Assembly (NCBI RefSeq): GCF_009914755.1
Contig: NC_060926.1
DNA length: 64,000 bases
Strand: one strand, 5' to 3'
Source: the human T2T-CHM13v2.0 reference genome, Homo sapiens
Shown: positions 25,378 through 37,690 of the stretch, piece by piece
Position numbering within the stretch: the stretch's first letter is position 1
How the letters are laid out: each line of letters opens with the position of its first letter
Notes under the pieces: model-generated
Seen by the model: the letters and a program-made list of their open reading frames with translations, nothing else
Told to the model about the DNA's origin: nothing
Databases searched by the model: none
Position numbers and translations under genes: made by a program

Positions 25378-27507
25378 TAAGTGAGTTCAGTCAACCTGGA
25401 TATTTTTCTCCAGTTATATTGTAGGTACTAAGAAGGTGGGTCAGTCGACGTGGCGGTCTTGTCAAGTTGGTGTGACTGAAGGGAGAAAAGGAAAACAAAG
25501 ATGAGAGAGAGATCTGTGATCGGTCTATTGAAGCAAAGACTGATAAGGAAGAATGTGAGGAAATGAGTCATGCAGAGCGCTAATGTGGTGTGTCAATGGA
25601 TTTGAGGGCCTGGTGGAACAACAAAAATAAAGGGAGGCACCATAAAAGGGGAGTCTGCCTGTGGAACACTGAAAATGGAGATTATAAAACGAATGCTGTT
25701 ATTGCAAATGGCAATAGCTTTGGTCTAATCATAGAAATGGGTTAGCTGATGTCATTAGAAGACAAGATAATTGGAGGTGAGGAGACCCAGAATACGGGAA
25801 GGATCGTTTTGTGGATATTGAAGTCATCAGTTATAATGACAGGAGTGGTGGTGAAAGAGGATTAAGCAGGTACTAAAACCTTCAGTGGAGGGAGTGGGAG
25901 CAATTACCAACAGGAGAGCAGATGACTGCAGCAAGGAAGGTTAATGGGGTTTTGTTTAATCATAGGCATTTCAATGGAGCTGGCATATGAAAAAAGTAGG
26001 AGAAATTGTCTTGAAGTAGCAGTGAAGAGCCAGAACTGTATCTACTCAATCTCTAAGTCCAGTGCCACATGAGGTGAGAGAGAAAATACAACCACCATTT
26101 GAGAATTCTGCAAGGCAAGCAGAGGCCTCAAAAGAGAGCTGGATTTTATTTAGAGCCTTAAGAGAAGAGGTTGAGGATACAAAGGGCTTTATTGATTATG
26201 GACCGTGAGTTATGCAGAAAAAAATTAGAATGTCATGTTTGGATGTAAGACTGAGTCAGAGCAGAGGCTGTACAAAGCTATATGGAGTGCAGGTAAGGAA
26301 AGACGACCCATGAATTGTGCCTTTCAGGGTTGAGGGGGTTAAACAGACAGGCATATGATGGGTTACTCCTGATTATATCTTGGAGGCAGGTGGATCATCA
26401 GTTTAATTGCATGCTACTAAAATGGGTGACTGCTTTTAAGCACTCTGATGTGGAGAGAACTCAGTGAGTTATGCAGGACAGAGCTGTTGTCTTGCCAGGA
26501 TGATGCGGCATAGAAGAGATGATTTCAAAGACAGTCCTCTCCCTTAGTGTATCTTTCACGTAACTGTATTCCCATAACAATATTACTTCATCTCATTAAA
26601 TTTAAAAATATATATCCTAAACAGAAGTGTTCTTCTAAATGAAATGACCATGACCATACAGCATACTGAATGCTTTCCAAGTTCCAAATTAAGGAAAAAC
26701 TTTATTCTTCTGTTATGTTTCTAATTTTAGTTCAGCCAAAGGAGCGAGACATGTGTTCAACATGTTTTCTCTATTTTCCTTTGGTTCTCTAAGATGCTGA
26801 CAATTTCTAAGGAAACTAGTTGAAGTAATTTGGCCTCAAAATTAGAGTGAAAGTCACTGAAATTTCCAAAACACCCTAGAAGCTTTTCATTCATATTTTA
26901 CCTATGCCTTCCTTCTTTACTGTCGTTTTTTCTCTTCAAAGAAGACAATGATTTTGAGATTCTCTGACTAGTAAAACCTTATCCTAAGACCTTACCCTGG
27001 TATTATTCTGGCTTTTAATTTTAGTGCTAGAAATTTAAATTAAGCATCCCAGTCAAAAGTTCTGATCCCAGGTGGAAAAATATTGTTCTCGCCAAAAATC
27101 ATTAAAAGCTAAAGAACTAAGAACCCAAAAACTGAAGAATAAAAATACTTTGAACAACTAGGATTTTCAGTTAATTTTGGAGAAGCACTCATGGGCTTAA
27201 AGCATCTCCAATCATTTTTATCTTGATATCCTCCAGGGATTGAGTGCTCACTACAAAGCAGTGTATCTGCAAACTTTTACTTAGATACACTGTTAAGTAT
27301 ACAGATTTTCATTTGGTTATTTTTTTTGAGGTAAAAGATAATACTTCTCAAAATTTAGGAAGACCTTTGTGTTGTTCCTTCTCTTTGGGCATAAAATATA
27401 TTTGGCCTCATAACAGATTTGGTCTTTAATTAAATCTTGCTGTCCCTTAAAGAGAGTGGTTCAGGTATGCTCTTCCCCATACTCCTCCCTCTGCATGACT
27501 ATAGTAA

Positions 27508-28089
<582 letters not shown>

Positions 28090-28234
28090 TTACTCCACAA
28101 ACTTCTGCTGAGTTTTCTCTGTGATGAGATCAGGACAGCTCTTACCTGGAGGACTCTGAACCTGACTCCCACCTCATGTTTATTTCATGTTACATGCATG
28201 AAATAAAATGCATGTAACAATGTTTTGAAGACCT

Positions 28235-28530
28235 CACCCATATTGCATAAGTATATCTAGTTAAGTTTGTTCTCACTTCTGTATAGTATTCTATCTTAGG
28301 TATCTGCCACATTTTACATATTTTCTTCCCTGGAATGACTAATATGTTGGCTTCCAATCTTAGCAATAAGTGTTCTGTATGTTTCTTTGTGCTTCTACGT
28401 GACAGTTTCTCTGAAGTGTGAATACCTAGGAGCAGAATTTCAGGGTTCTAGGGAATACACATAATTAGTTTCACTAAGTACTGCCAAGTATTCTCCAAAA
28501 TGTCTATACTAATTATATTCACATCAGCTT
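28235..28530 (-). mobile_element. L1ME 3' fragment
   Basis: tgtatagtattc, tacctaggagcagaatt, ctgccaagtattctccaaaa. Confidence 0.65.
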
Positions 28531-29189
28531 TGATAGCATGTTAATATTAGTAATTACCTATTCATAACAGCATTACTATTGCTCATTATTTTTATTATTT
28601 TAATGGTGAAATTTTAATTTTGATATCAAAGCTCTGGAAATTTTTAATATGATTGTGGATGTAGATATGGGAGGAATTTTTGGTTTTATTTTCCTCATTC
28701 ACTGTCTGCAGACCACACTTTCTCTGCTCAACTCAATGTGTAAGAGTAAAGTTCAAACTCCTGTTAACATCTGCTTTTCATTTATAAATTTGCTTTTCTT
28801 TAGTTAAATGTTCTTTTAGGCTAGAGTTTCTATATTGATTGTGATCATTAGCATTTGAAATGTATCAGTTATGCTAAATTCCTCAGTGTTGAGTAACATT
28901 TAGGGAAATATAGAAACCTGTAAGTTGCTTGATGACTTTAATTATGACACAAGTCTTTCTTATACAAACAAAGAATTCATCTTTGCAAATTATAAATAAA
29001 TATAAGCAAATAACATAAAGAATCCTAATTTTTCCCTCTTCAGAAATTAACAGTAGTTTAACTAAAAGCCTGAGATTTCTTGTTTGTTAAGGTGTCGTTT
29101 ATCGTTAATATCTGTGTTCTGTGGGCAATAGCTTTTATTCTTTTAGGTACAGATATATCAAAATTCCTTCCCACTCCCCGAATTCTTAA

Positions 29190-30110
29190 TACACTATTGG
29201 TAGAAATGTAAGTTAGTTCAGCCACTGTGGTGATTTCTTAAAGAACTTAGAACTACCATTCAACCCCACAATCCCATTACTAGGTATATATTCAAAAGAA
29301 AATAAATCATTCTACCAAAAAGACACATGCTTATATGTTTATCATAGCACTATGCACAGTAGCAAAGACTTGGAATCAGCCCAGGAGCCCATCAACAGTG
29401 GACTGGAGGCTGGGCACGGTGGCTCACCCTTATATTCCCACACTTTGGGAGGCTGAGGTGGGTGGATCACCTGAGGTCAGGAGTTCGAGACCAGCCTGGC
29501 CAACATGGTGAAACCCCCGTCTCTATTAAAAATACAAAAATTAGTCAGGCATGATGGCACGTGCCTGTAATCCCAGCTCCTTGGGAGGCTGAGGCACAGG
29601 AATCATTTGAACCCGGGGAGGCAGAGGTTGCAGTGAGCTGAGATTACGCCACTGCACTCTAGCCTGGGCGACAGAGTGAGACTCTGTCTCAAACAAAATA
29701 AAACAAACAGTGGATTGGATAAAGAAAATGTGGTACATATACACTATGGAACACTACATAGTCACAATAAAAGATTGATATTATGTCCTTTGCAGCAACA
29801 TCGTTGCTGAGACCATTAGCCTCAGTTAATTAACACAGGAATAGAAAAACAAATACTGCATATTCTCACTTATTGTAAGTGGAAACCAAACATTGTGTAT
29901 TCATGGACATAAAGATGGCAACGATAGACACTGCAGAAAACTAGATGGGGGAGAGAGAGGAGGTTGAGTAACTATCGGGTACTACCCTAAGTACTGGGGT
30001 GGTGGGCTCAAACTTACCCCAAACCTCAGCATCATGCAATATATACATGTAACAAAGCTGCCCATGTACTCCCTCAATCTAAAATAAAAATTGAAATTAT
30101 AAAATAAAAC
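29190..30110 (+). mobile_element. L1PA16/17-like 3' portion
   Basis: aataaatcattctaccaaaaagacacatgc...ggacataaagatggcaac...atctaaaataaaaattgaa. Confidence 0.88.
29408..29705 (+). mobile_element. AluSx inserted in L1
   Basis: ggatcacctgaggtcaggagttcgag; 14-bp TSD aacagtgga(c/t)tgga. Confidence 0.93.
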
Positions 30111-30626
30111 AGAAATTCCCCTCATATCTGTTAACATGTTCTTACATTTAAGATTCCTTTAAAAAGAAAAGGTATTTGGCAGGACAATATTAAAGATAAA
30201 GATTGCCGCTTTAATTTTGATTAATCATTTGGGATTCAGATTCTATAATCCATAATCCGAGTACTGATGAGAGACTGCAAAAAAAAATGGGCCAAATTAA
30301 AAAATATATACTGGTTACTCAGAAACACTGCCCAGTTGTTCTTTTTGAGGTAACTTTTTGATCCCAAATTTCCTATACTTCTTGAAAAATAAAAGTCTAT
30401 TTAAGAATAATTACATGCCAGGTCATTTTGCTTATTGATGATATGGTTCTTGACATTAGCACAAATTATAATAATAAAAAAAAAATGATCCCTAAATTTC
30501 TGAGTCAATCTCAAAAGATTTTTAAATTTTAGGTATCTGAAAGCCCTTATACTACCATTACATTCATTGGGGGGTTCATCATAGAGGAAAGTAATAGAAA
30601 AATTTAGTGACTTATACAAAATAGGT

Positions 30627-30638
30627 TATGTGTATGTG

Positions 30639-30682
<44 letters not shown>

Positions 30683-30710
30683 CGGAGAGAGACAGAGAGA
30701 GAGGGAGAGA
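30627..30710. repeat. Compound (TG)/(TA)n(GA)n microsatellite
   Basis: tatatata... followed directly by gagagaga... Confidence 0.93.
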
Positions 30711-31029
30711 GGCTGCATATATCCCATTTAAGTATGTGGTGGGGGAGGTCTTACTTATTCTGGAACATGGTTATGGCTAGCACAAATGTATTAATGCCCT
30801 TGCAATGATAGAAGATGAGGTTTTAAGGATAGGGGATAAGGCTTTGGCTTTGTTTATCCTTTGCAAGTAGCACTTTCAGGGTCTAAGGGATCCACCGATT
30901 AGGAAAAGTCTGCAACAAGGTATTTTTAGCTTCTTTGAATCTAGATTTTGTTTAAAGTCTCTAATAATAATTTTTTTAAAATAGATCACACCTTGGGAAA
31001 ATTGAACACTTCAATTTGTACCAACCTCT

Positions 31030-31625
31030 TGGTGTCAAAATGCAAAACCAAGAAACAAATATAGAAAATATAAACACAAATACACGAGAGGCCAGTCTCA
31101 CATTCCAAGCCACATGAGATTCCATCAGAAAAAAAGTCTGGGTAAAAATAAACATGAACTCAAACATTACAAGGTACAAAGAGAAGCAGCTGATCAAAAA
31201 AGAAGAAAACATAAAAGAGGAGAATTAACATGCTAATATGTTTGAATGAGAGAGCAACTGATTTTAAAATAAATATATTTTAAATGATTTGCTGCTCTAA
31301 AGAAGGAGTCTAAATGTTAAGACAAATTTGAAAATTAAAGGAAACTTGGAGAAATAAATAAGGTTTAAAAGTCATTAAAGAAATTAAGCAGCAGATTAAT
31401 AATAGAGTCCATTTTTGAACCAAAGCTAGATCAAAAAGAAAAACAAATTAGAACTTATAAGATATAGAGATTTTAAAACATTTAAAGAAATATTAATAGA
31501 TGTGGAAGTTGAGAGACATAGAAGATAGAATGAGGAGAGGTATCAGTCAAACAGGAATTCCGGAAGTAAAGAAAAACAGAAAATGGGAGAAAGGTACGAT
31601 TTGACTAATTAAATGAAGTGATTTT
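31030..31625 (+). mobile_element. HAL1/L1M ORF1-like remnant
   Basis: gagagacatagaagatagaatgaggag...ggaattccggaag...agaaaatgggaga. Confidence 0.55.
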
Positions 31626-31945
<320 letters not shown>

Positions 31946-32069
31946 TTACTAGAAGTATTCAAAAAAAAAATGCTAATTCCCTGCTCCTCTTTCCCGCTAT
32001 TTCTTGCTTTCTAATTAAAAACTGAAATTAAAATTTAAGATTGTTTCGATACCTTCTCCTATAGGCTTG

Positions 32070-32270
32070 TTTCATAGTTTATGCCCAGGACTTTACATAT
32101 GCTATTTGTTCATTCTAGTAAGAATGCTACAGTATTGCTTTATTACTTCCATTCATCAGAAGAAGAAACTGAAATTCAGAGAGGATAATAACTTGCATGA
32201 AATCACACTGCTGGGATTCAAACCTCATATATTTCACTCCAAAGCATTGTGTTTTACCTCTCTGTTATGA
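32070..32270 (-). mobile_element. MIR
   Basis: agaaactgaaattcagagaggataataacttgc...ctgggattcaaacc. Confidence 0.65.
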
Positions 32271-32779
32271 TGCTTTCATCTGCAATTTTCTAATATTAAT
32301 TATATTAAATAGCAAGAAGATTACTTCATCAAAAGATGCTCATGGGATAAAGACTTTTACATAAAACAGAGCAAAGCTCTTTACTGAAAGTAGAAATATG
32401 GAATAGAAAGCATGGACATATACATCAAATGTTGAATTTATAAAATTTTTCAAAATTACTATACCATTAATTGGAAAAAATTCATTTCTTTTCCAGATAA
32501 TATCTTATAAGAAACAATTCAGCCTTAAGCAATTTTTCCCTCTTCTTTATGGAAGGTAAGCTGAGTTTCTAATGGATTTGCTGGCAGCCCTGTAAGCCAC
32601 TCAGCAAATGCTAGAATAGACAATTTGTGTTCTGGCTTGCTATAATCACATCAAAATTTCTGTTGTGTTTGCTCAGTAAGGGGATGTTTGCTTTCCAGTT
32701 GAACTCAAAACAAAAGGCTTGCACACAATCTTATATATGCTTAGTCTCCCATTTCTTTTGTGATGTGTATCTGTGTACA

Positions 32780-33040
32780 CATTCCATTTATTCATTTTTT
32801 TCAATATTGTGCAACTGCTATGTGCTAAGCATTGTGTTTATTCCTGAGGATTAATTACAGTGAATATAAAAGTTTTTGACCTCACGGAGCTTACCATCTA
32901 ATGGAATGGCAAGAAACAATGAAGAAATTAAACAAAATAACTATAAATTTTGATTAAATGCTATGAAAGATACAAACTTAAAGTGTTGACCTATTTTTGA
33001 TAAGATGATTAAAAGATGCCTTTCTAAGTACTGATTCTAA
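32780..33040 (-). mobile_element. L2 3' end
   Basis: cattta ttcatt...gctatgtgctaagcattgtg...cctcacggagcttaccatcta. Confidence 0.7.
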
Positions 33041-33874
33041 GTACATGAGGACCATATTTTTTAAAAACTTTTTTACATCAATGGATATTGCTCTGCCAGC
33101 CCTGATGAGAATGGCTTAATAGCGGCATTATAGGAATGGGGCAGCTTCATCACATAGCCACTAAATGCCTCTAGGCAGGCTGGCATGTTAAATATGGGAC
33201 AATCAGAATTGAGAATTCAACAATAGGCAACATATCCAGCTTTCATTTTCTCTCTCCTTCCTTGCCCCATTTACCTTACTCACCATATTTTACTCCCACC
33301 CCAAATATTATCTTTACTATGTTCTGCTCCTTCATCCACCGTCAGTCCTAGGACCCACCTCACCACCGTGTATATATGAATGGCAAGTCCTTCTTCCTAT
33401 CTCCAAGTCTTTGCTCGTGCTTCCCCTTCTGAAGGCTCTTCTCCATTTAGCCCAGTTCAATTTTCCTTCAAAGGCAAATTTACTGTGCAGTTCACCCAAC
33501 AAAACATGGAAGGCAAAACTTAAAATGTATTCATTCTTTCATTCCTTTATTCAACACACTCCTTTTAACACTAGGCAATGTGCTAGATTCTGAGAAAATA
33601 TGAAGTGAAAAAATATATACCATGAACATCATTTGTAAGAGATATTATGAGAAACTCTGAAATAGGTGCTTAATGAATTCAAAGTATGAAGAACAAATTT
33701 TGCATATCTTAACTTGTCACAGGAAAGAATTAGGATTATTTACAATCACTTGTGAAACCTTACACACATTACAAGAAAATGATAACATTTTAATAAATCA
33801 TAATAAAAATACACACATAGAAACTGCCATATTTACTTTTCCATGTACGGGAATATATTTATCTCCTTTTTAGT

Positions 33875-34107
33875 CACTGAATTAATACTCACTGGTGGGT
33901 TGTGAAATATATGTACTGGGTTGCAACCAACATTATTTAAAAAATAAAATGGAAAAAGATAGAAGGTATTTAATCATATTGTATGTGCTAAGTGTGAATT
34001 TTTCATGGATATTTTGTTCCAATAACATGCATGTGTGGTACCTGGTTGTGACAGAAATTTATTTTTTTTAGTGTGCATCACAGTCAGTACAACTTTAAAG
34101 CCTCATG
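33875..34107. mobile_element. hAT-Charlie MITE (Charlie4-like)
   Basis: ggtgggttgtgaaat...tgggttgcaaccaacatt...ttttgttcc...aactttaaagcc. Confidence 0.5.
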
Positions 34108-35675
34108 ATTAGGCTGCTTATGAAGTCCTCCTAACTGGAGGTTAAACTTTACGCAGCAATAACTGAGGGATCAGTCACTCAACACTTTTGTTCATCAACT
34201 TTTCAATCTATAAAAGAAAGACTGCAGATCCTACTCTCTGCCAAACAGTTACTATTAACACAAGATTCCCCCATTCAAATTAACCAAAATAAAAATGTTA
34301 GTTGGCTGGAAGTTTCACTTTAAGAATAGTTTTTTTGTTGGTGGTGGTGTGTTAAGGCTGATTCTACAAAATGACTGTCATCGATTGGCAACTTTCTGCT
34401 CACCACCTTATTGATTAGCTAAAGCAAATTTTAGTTTTTCCACAAGGACAGGGCCTTGTCTTTCTTCTATAATAATAATACATACTGTAGTGCCTACCAT
34501 TTATTAAGTAAATAATTGCTGAATGAAAGACTCATTCAATCGGTCCATTAACTATAAACAGTGCTTTTTACAATGCTAAAACAATTCTGAACTACTTATT
34601 TTCTTTATAATCTATTTTATATGTCATTTCTATTTCAGTTCAAAATTAGTATGGGAGAGTCTAAGCTAATAAGGTTGCAATGTACATGTTGTACATCAAA
34701 CAAGCAGAGACAACGTGCAATACAAAAATTACCTGGCTGCCTAATATAGAGCTCCCGGCTAATATATGGGACACGGCAAGCAACTGATCCATGCCTGTTG
34801 ATTTGATTTTTGATTTGACAGGTGAGTTGGAGAGCAAAGGCACTTAAGCATTCCAATCTGATTTTTCTATTTACATCATTTCCACCAGGGAGAACATGTC
34901 TCCTCTGGTCTCACTGTGTATCTAAATTTGTGGGCTTATATATCTGTATATGGTTGAAATTTTTACCTGGTTTAATGAGCAAAGCTATGTGCAACTATAC
35001 CTAAAAACTATTACAAACATTACCTTAAAATTAAAAACAAAAACAGTATATCATCAAGATGCTCAACCTGGTTCCTAAATAAGCTCCTTGATCATGGTTA
35101 TTTTGTTTAAGCCTGATAATTAACTCTCTCTAGCCACCCAGAGAAAATAAGTAGAAGTAGCAAATTCTACCTTCTGTGCTTTCCATTGGGCAAGAAACTA
35201 TTTTGTCTGCCACTTTATCTGAAGTTAAAAGCAATGGTTCAAAAAACCCTGACCCCTAATTGGAGATGAATATGACTGACCTAGTTTATGCAAAAGCGGC
35301 TTTACCGTGTGGCTTTAGTGCAGACTGGAAGAAACACAGTATTAAACAGTAATCATGAGCAATATTTGATGTTAAGGAAAAAGGCGGGAGTTTTTTATTT
35401 GCTAACGGAAAAAATACATGCAAAAAGGCCATTTTCTGACATAAAATATATTCTTCAGGCAAAAATATACATGTTGCTTTCTAATTGTTGCTGGTATTCT
35501 TAAGCGTTGAAAGAAGCAATTTTAAATAGTGCAGTTTTATGTGAATTTTTTAAATGACAGGAATTTGATAAAAGGAAATTAAAAGGATTGAAAGGTACAT
35601 GTTAAAGTTTCGAGAAACATAAGAGCTGGTCAATAGGACCACAGTTTACCTATACAGCTGTATATAAAATCTCAC

Positions 35676-36042
35676 TGCTAAAGACTGAATGTTTATGTCC
35701 CCCTCAAAATTTGTATGTTAAAACCCTAACCCTCAATGTGATGCTATTAGAGATGGGGACTTTGGCGGCGGCGGGGGTGGGGGGAAGAGATTAGATTATG
35801 AGAGTGGACCCCTCATGAATAGGATTTGTGCTCTTATAAAGAATATCTCACAGAGCTGTCTTCCCCATTTTACCATGTGAAGACACAGGGAAAAGTCACC
35901 ATATATGAACCAGGAAGCAGGCCCTCACAATGCCTTCATCTTGGATTTCCCAGACATCAGAACTGTGAGAAATATATTTCTGTTTTTTATAAGCCACTTG
36001 GTCTCTCGTATTCTGTTATAGCCACCAAAATAGACTAAGACA
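35676..36042 (+). mobile_element. MLT1A0/MSTD-like MaLR solo LTR
   Basis: tgctaaagactgaatgtttatgtcccc...gactaagaca; perfect TSD ctcac. Confidence 0.88.
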
Positions 36043-37444
36043 CTCACCAACACAAATGTTTGTATTGGGTTCATATACCAGACTTGCGCAGAAGATAATG
36101 ACAAAGAAAGAAGTCATATAAAGACAGACGTCTCTCTCGAATCTTGTTCTATTTGGAAAAACATGTTCATATTGGGCTCTGCTCCCTATCCAATCCCCTG
36201 ACATCCAGAAAAGGGAAATACGGAGAATTAAGGCAAGGAAAGACCAAATTCAATGACATTGTTAGAGTAAACATCACCATCACTGTATTTAGGGTTTCTC
36301 TGTCTTTTAGACTTATACCTTTCTGGCTAACATGAGGAGGATAAGAAGGAAAGTGTTTGATCCTATTTAGAAGGATGGCCATAGAAAATCTTGGATCTTC
36401 TGGCTTCTGTGAGTTCCTTTCAGGGCTTAAGAAGCAGCAAGTTTCTTTCCTTCACATGGTTTTTCCTAGACCTGGTTTTGGGGCATGAAATAAATCTTAG
36501 CATCCTCAACCCAAGAAACTCACAAGGTTTGGGACATGAGCATATTGGCAGTAAAGAGAAAAGGCTTTGTGTTGGTCTATCCTTTGGCTCTGCCTATTGC
36601 TCTAAGTAGCTTTCAGAGATGACTGTGAGAGGACAGGATGTGTGCACTTAGGCTCTGGGTTCTTGGCCATATATTATCTCCATCCCAGCAGAGAGCCAGC
36701 CATTCTCTCTGTACCTTTCCCACAATACTGCTAAATACTGCTAACAGTTTCAATAATCTCCTTTCCCCTGAGACTACACTCTAAACTTTATGCCCAGAAC
36801 GAAAACATTTACAGTATTGTCATGTGGGGGCTGGTAACTATATGTAAACTGCCTTAAATAATAGCATAAGTTCTTTAAAGTGTGTGTCTGAATGAAACCA
36901 GTTGAAATACAACTTCTTTTGTTACCTTTAAACCACTTATAAGTGGTAAAAGTGAAGAAATGTATTTGGGAAATATTTAATCTTAAAAACTTGCTTCAAA
37001 TAATTTCATTGTTCCTTTAACATAAGTACCTTAAGTTTGCAAGTTTTCTAAAACTTTCATCCTATAGTCCCCATGAAGGAGAAGAGTCATAGAAAGTATA
37101 TTAAAATAGATGTTTCCTCAGTGACCAATGTACAAAAATATCTCTGAATAGTTATTTGTTTCTGTTTGTATGACTTGTCTACCCAGTTTGCTTAACTCTA
37201 CACACACCCACGCACACAGTTTAAACGAATCAGATATATATGTGTGTATGTGTGTATATGAAATCAGCAAGCAAAGAGGAAGTTTAACATTCAGAATATT
37301 CTAGTTTATATTTTGATACATTAGAGGAAAACATTTTTGGAAAATCTAAAAATATTATATTGTTTTCTAAGGAAAAATTATTCTTACAGTAAGCTAGATT
37401 GTCTCTGATCCAATATTTTGGTATAAAGAACACAATATAGATAT

Positions 37445-37690
37445 CTGCTAATTATTAACATGTGAGACCTTTCTAAGTGTCAGCTAGTGTGCCAAATGGT
37501 TCATGTACATTGTTTTCTTTAAATCTTCCAACAGCTTCCTGAGGTAGGTAACATAATTATTTCCTTTTAGAGTTAAGGAAACGAGGCTTAGAAAAAATAA
37601 CTTGCTCTAGGGCACATCGGTAGTAAGTAGTGGGGCCAAGATGGGTGTAGAGTCCCTAACACATGGATTTTAACCCAGAATGCTCTGCTT
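37445..37690 (-). mobile_element. MIR
   Basis: tgaggtaggta...aaggaaacgaggcttaga...aataacttgctctagggcaca. Confidence 0.7.

Larger units (their letters stand above)
22765..26400 (-). mobile_element. Long L2 LINE remnant, interrupted by L1 and Alu
   Basis: Reverse L2 3' end (aatatttattgagc...cccttatgaatcttacatt) followed by purine-rich L2 body (aggaatcaaggatgattc, ccatttactgaaatggaga); right boundary approximate. Confidence 0.75.
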
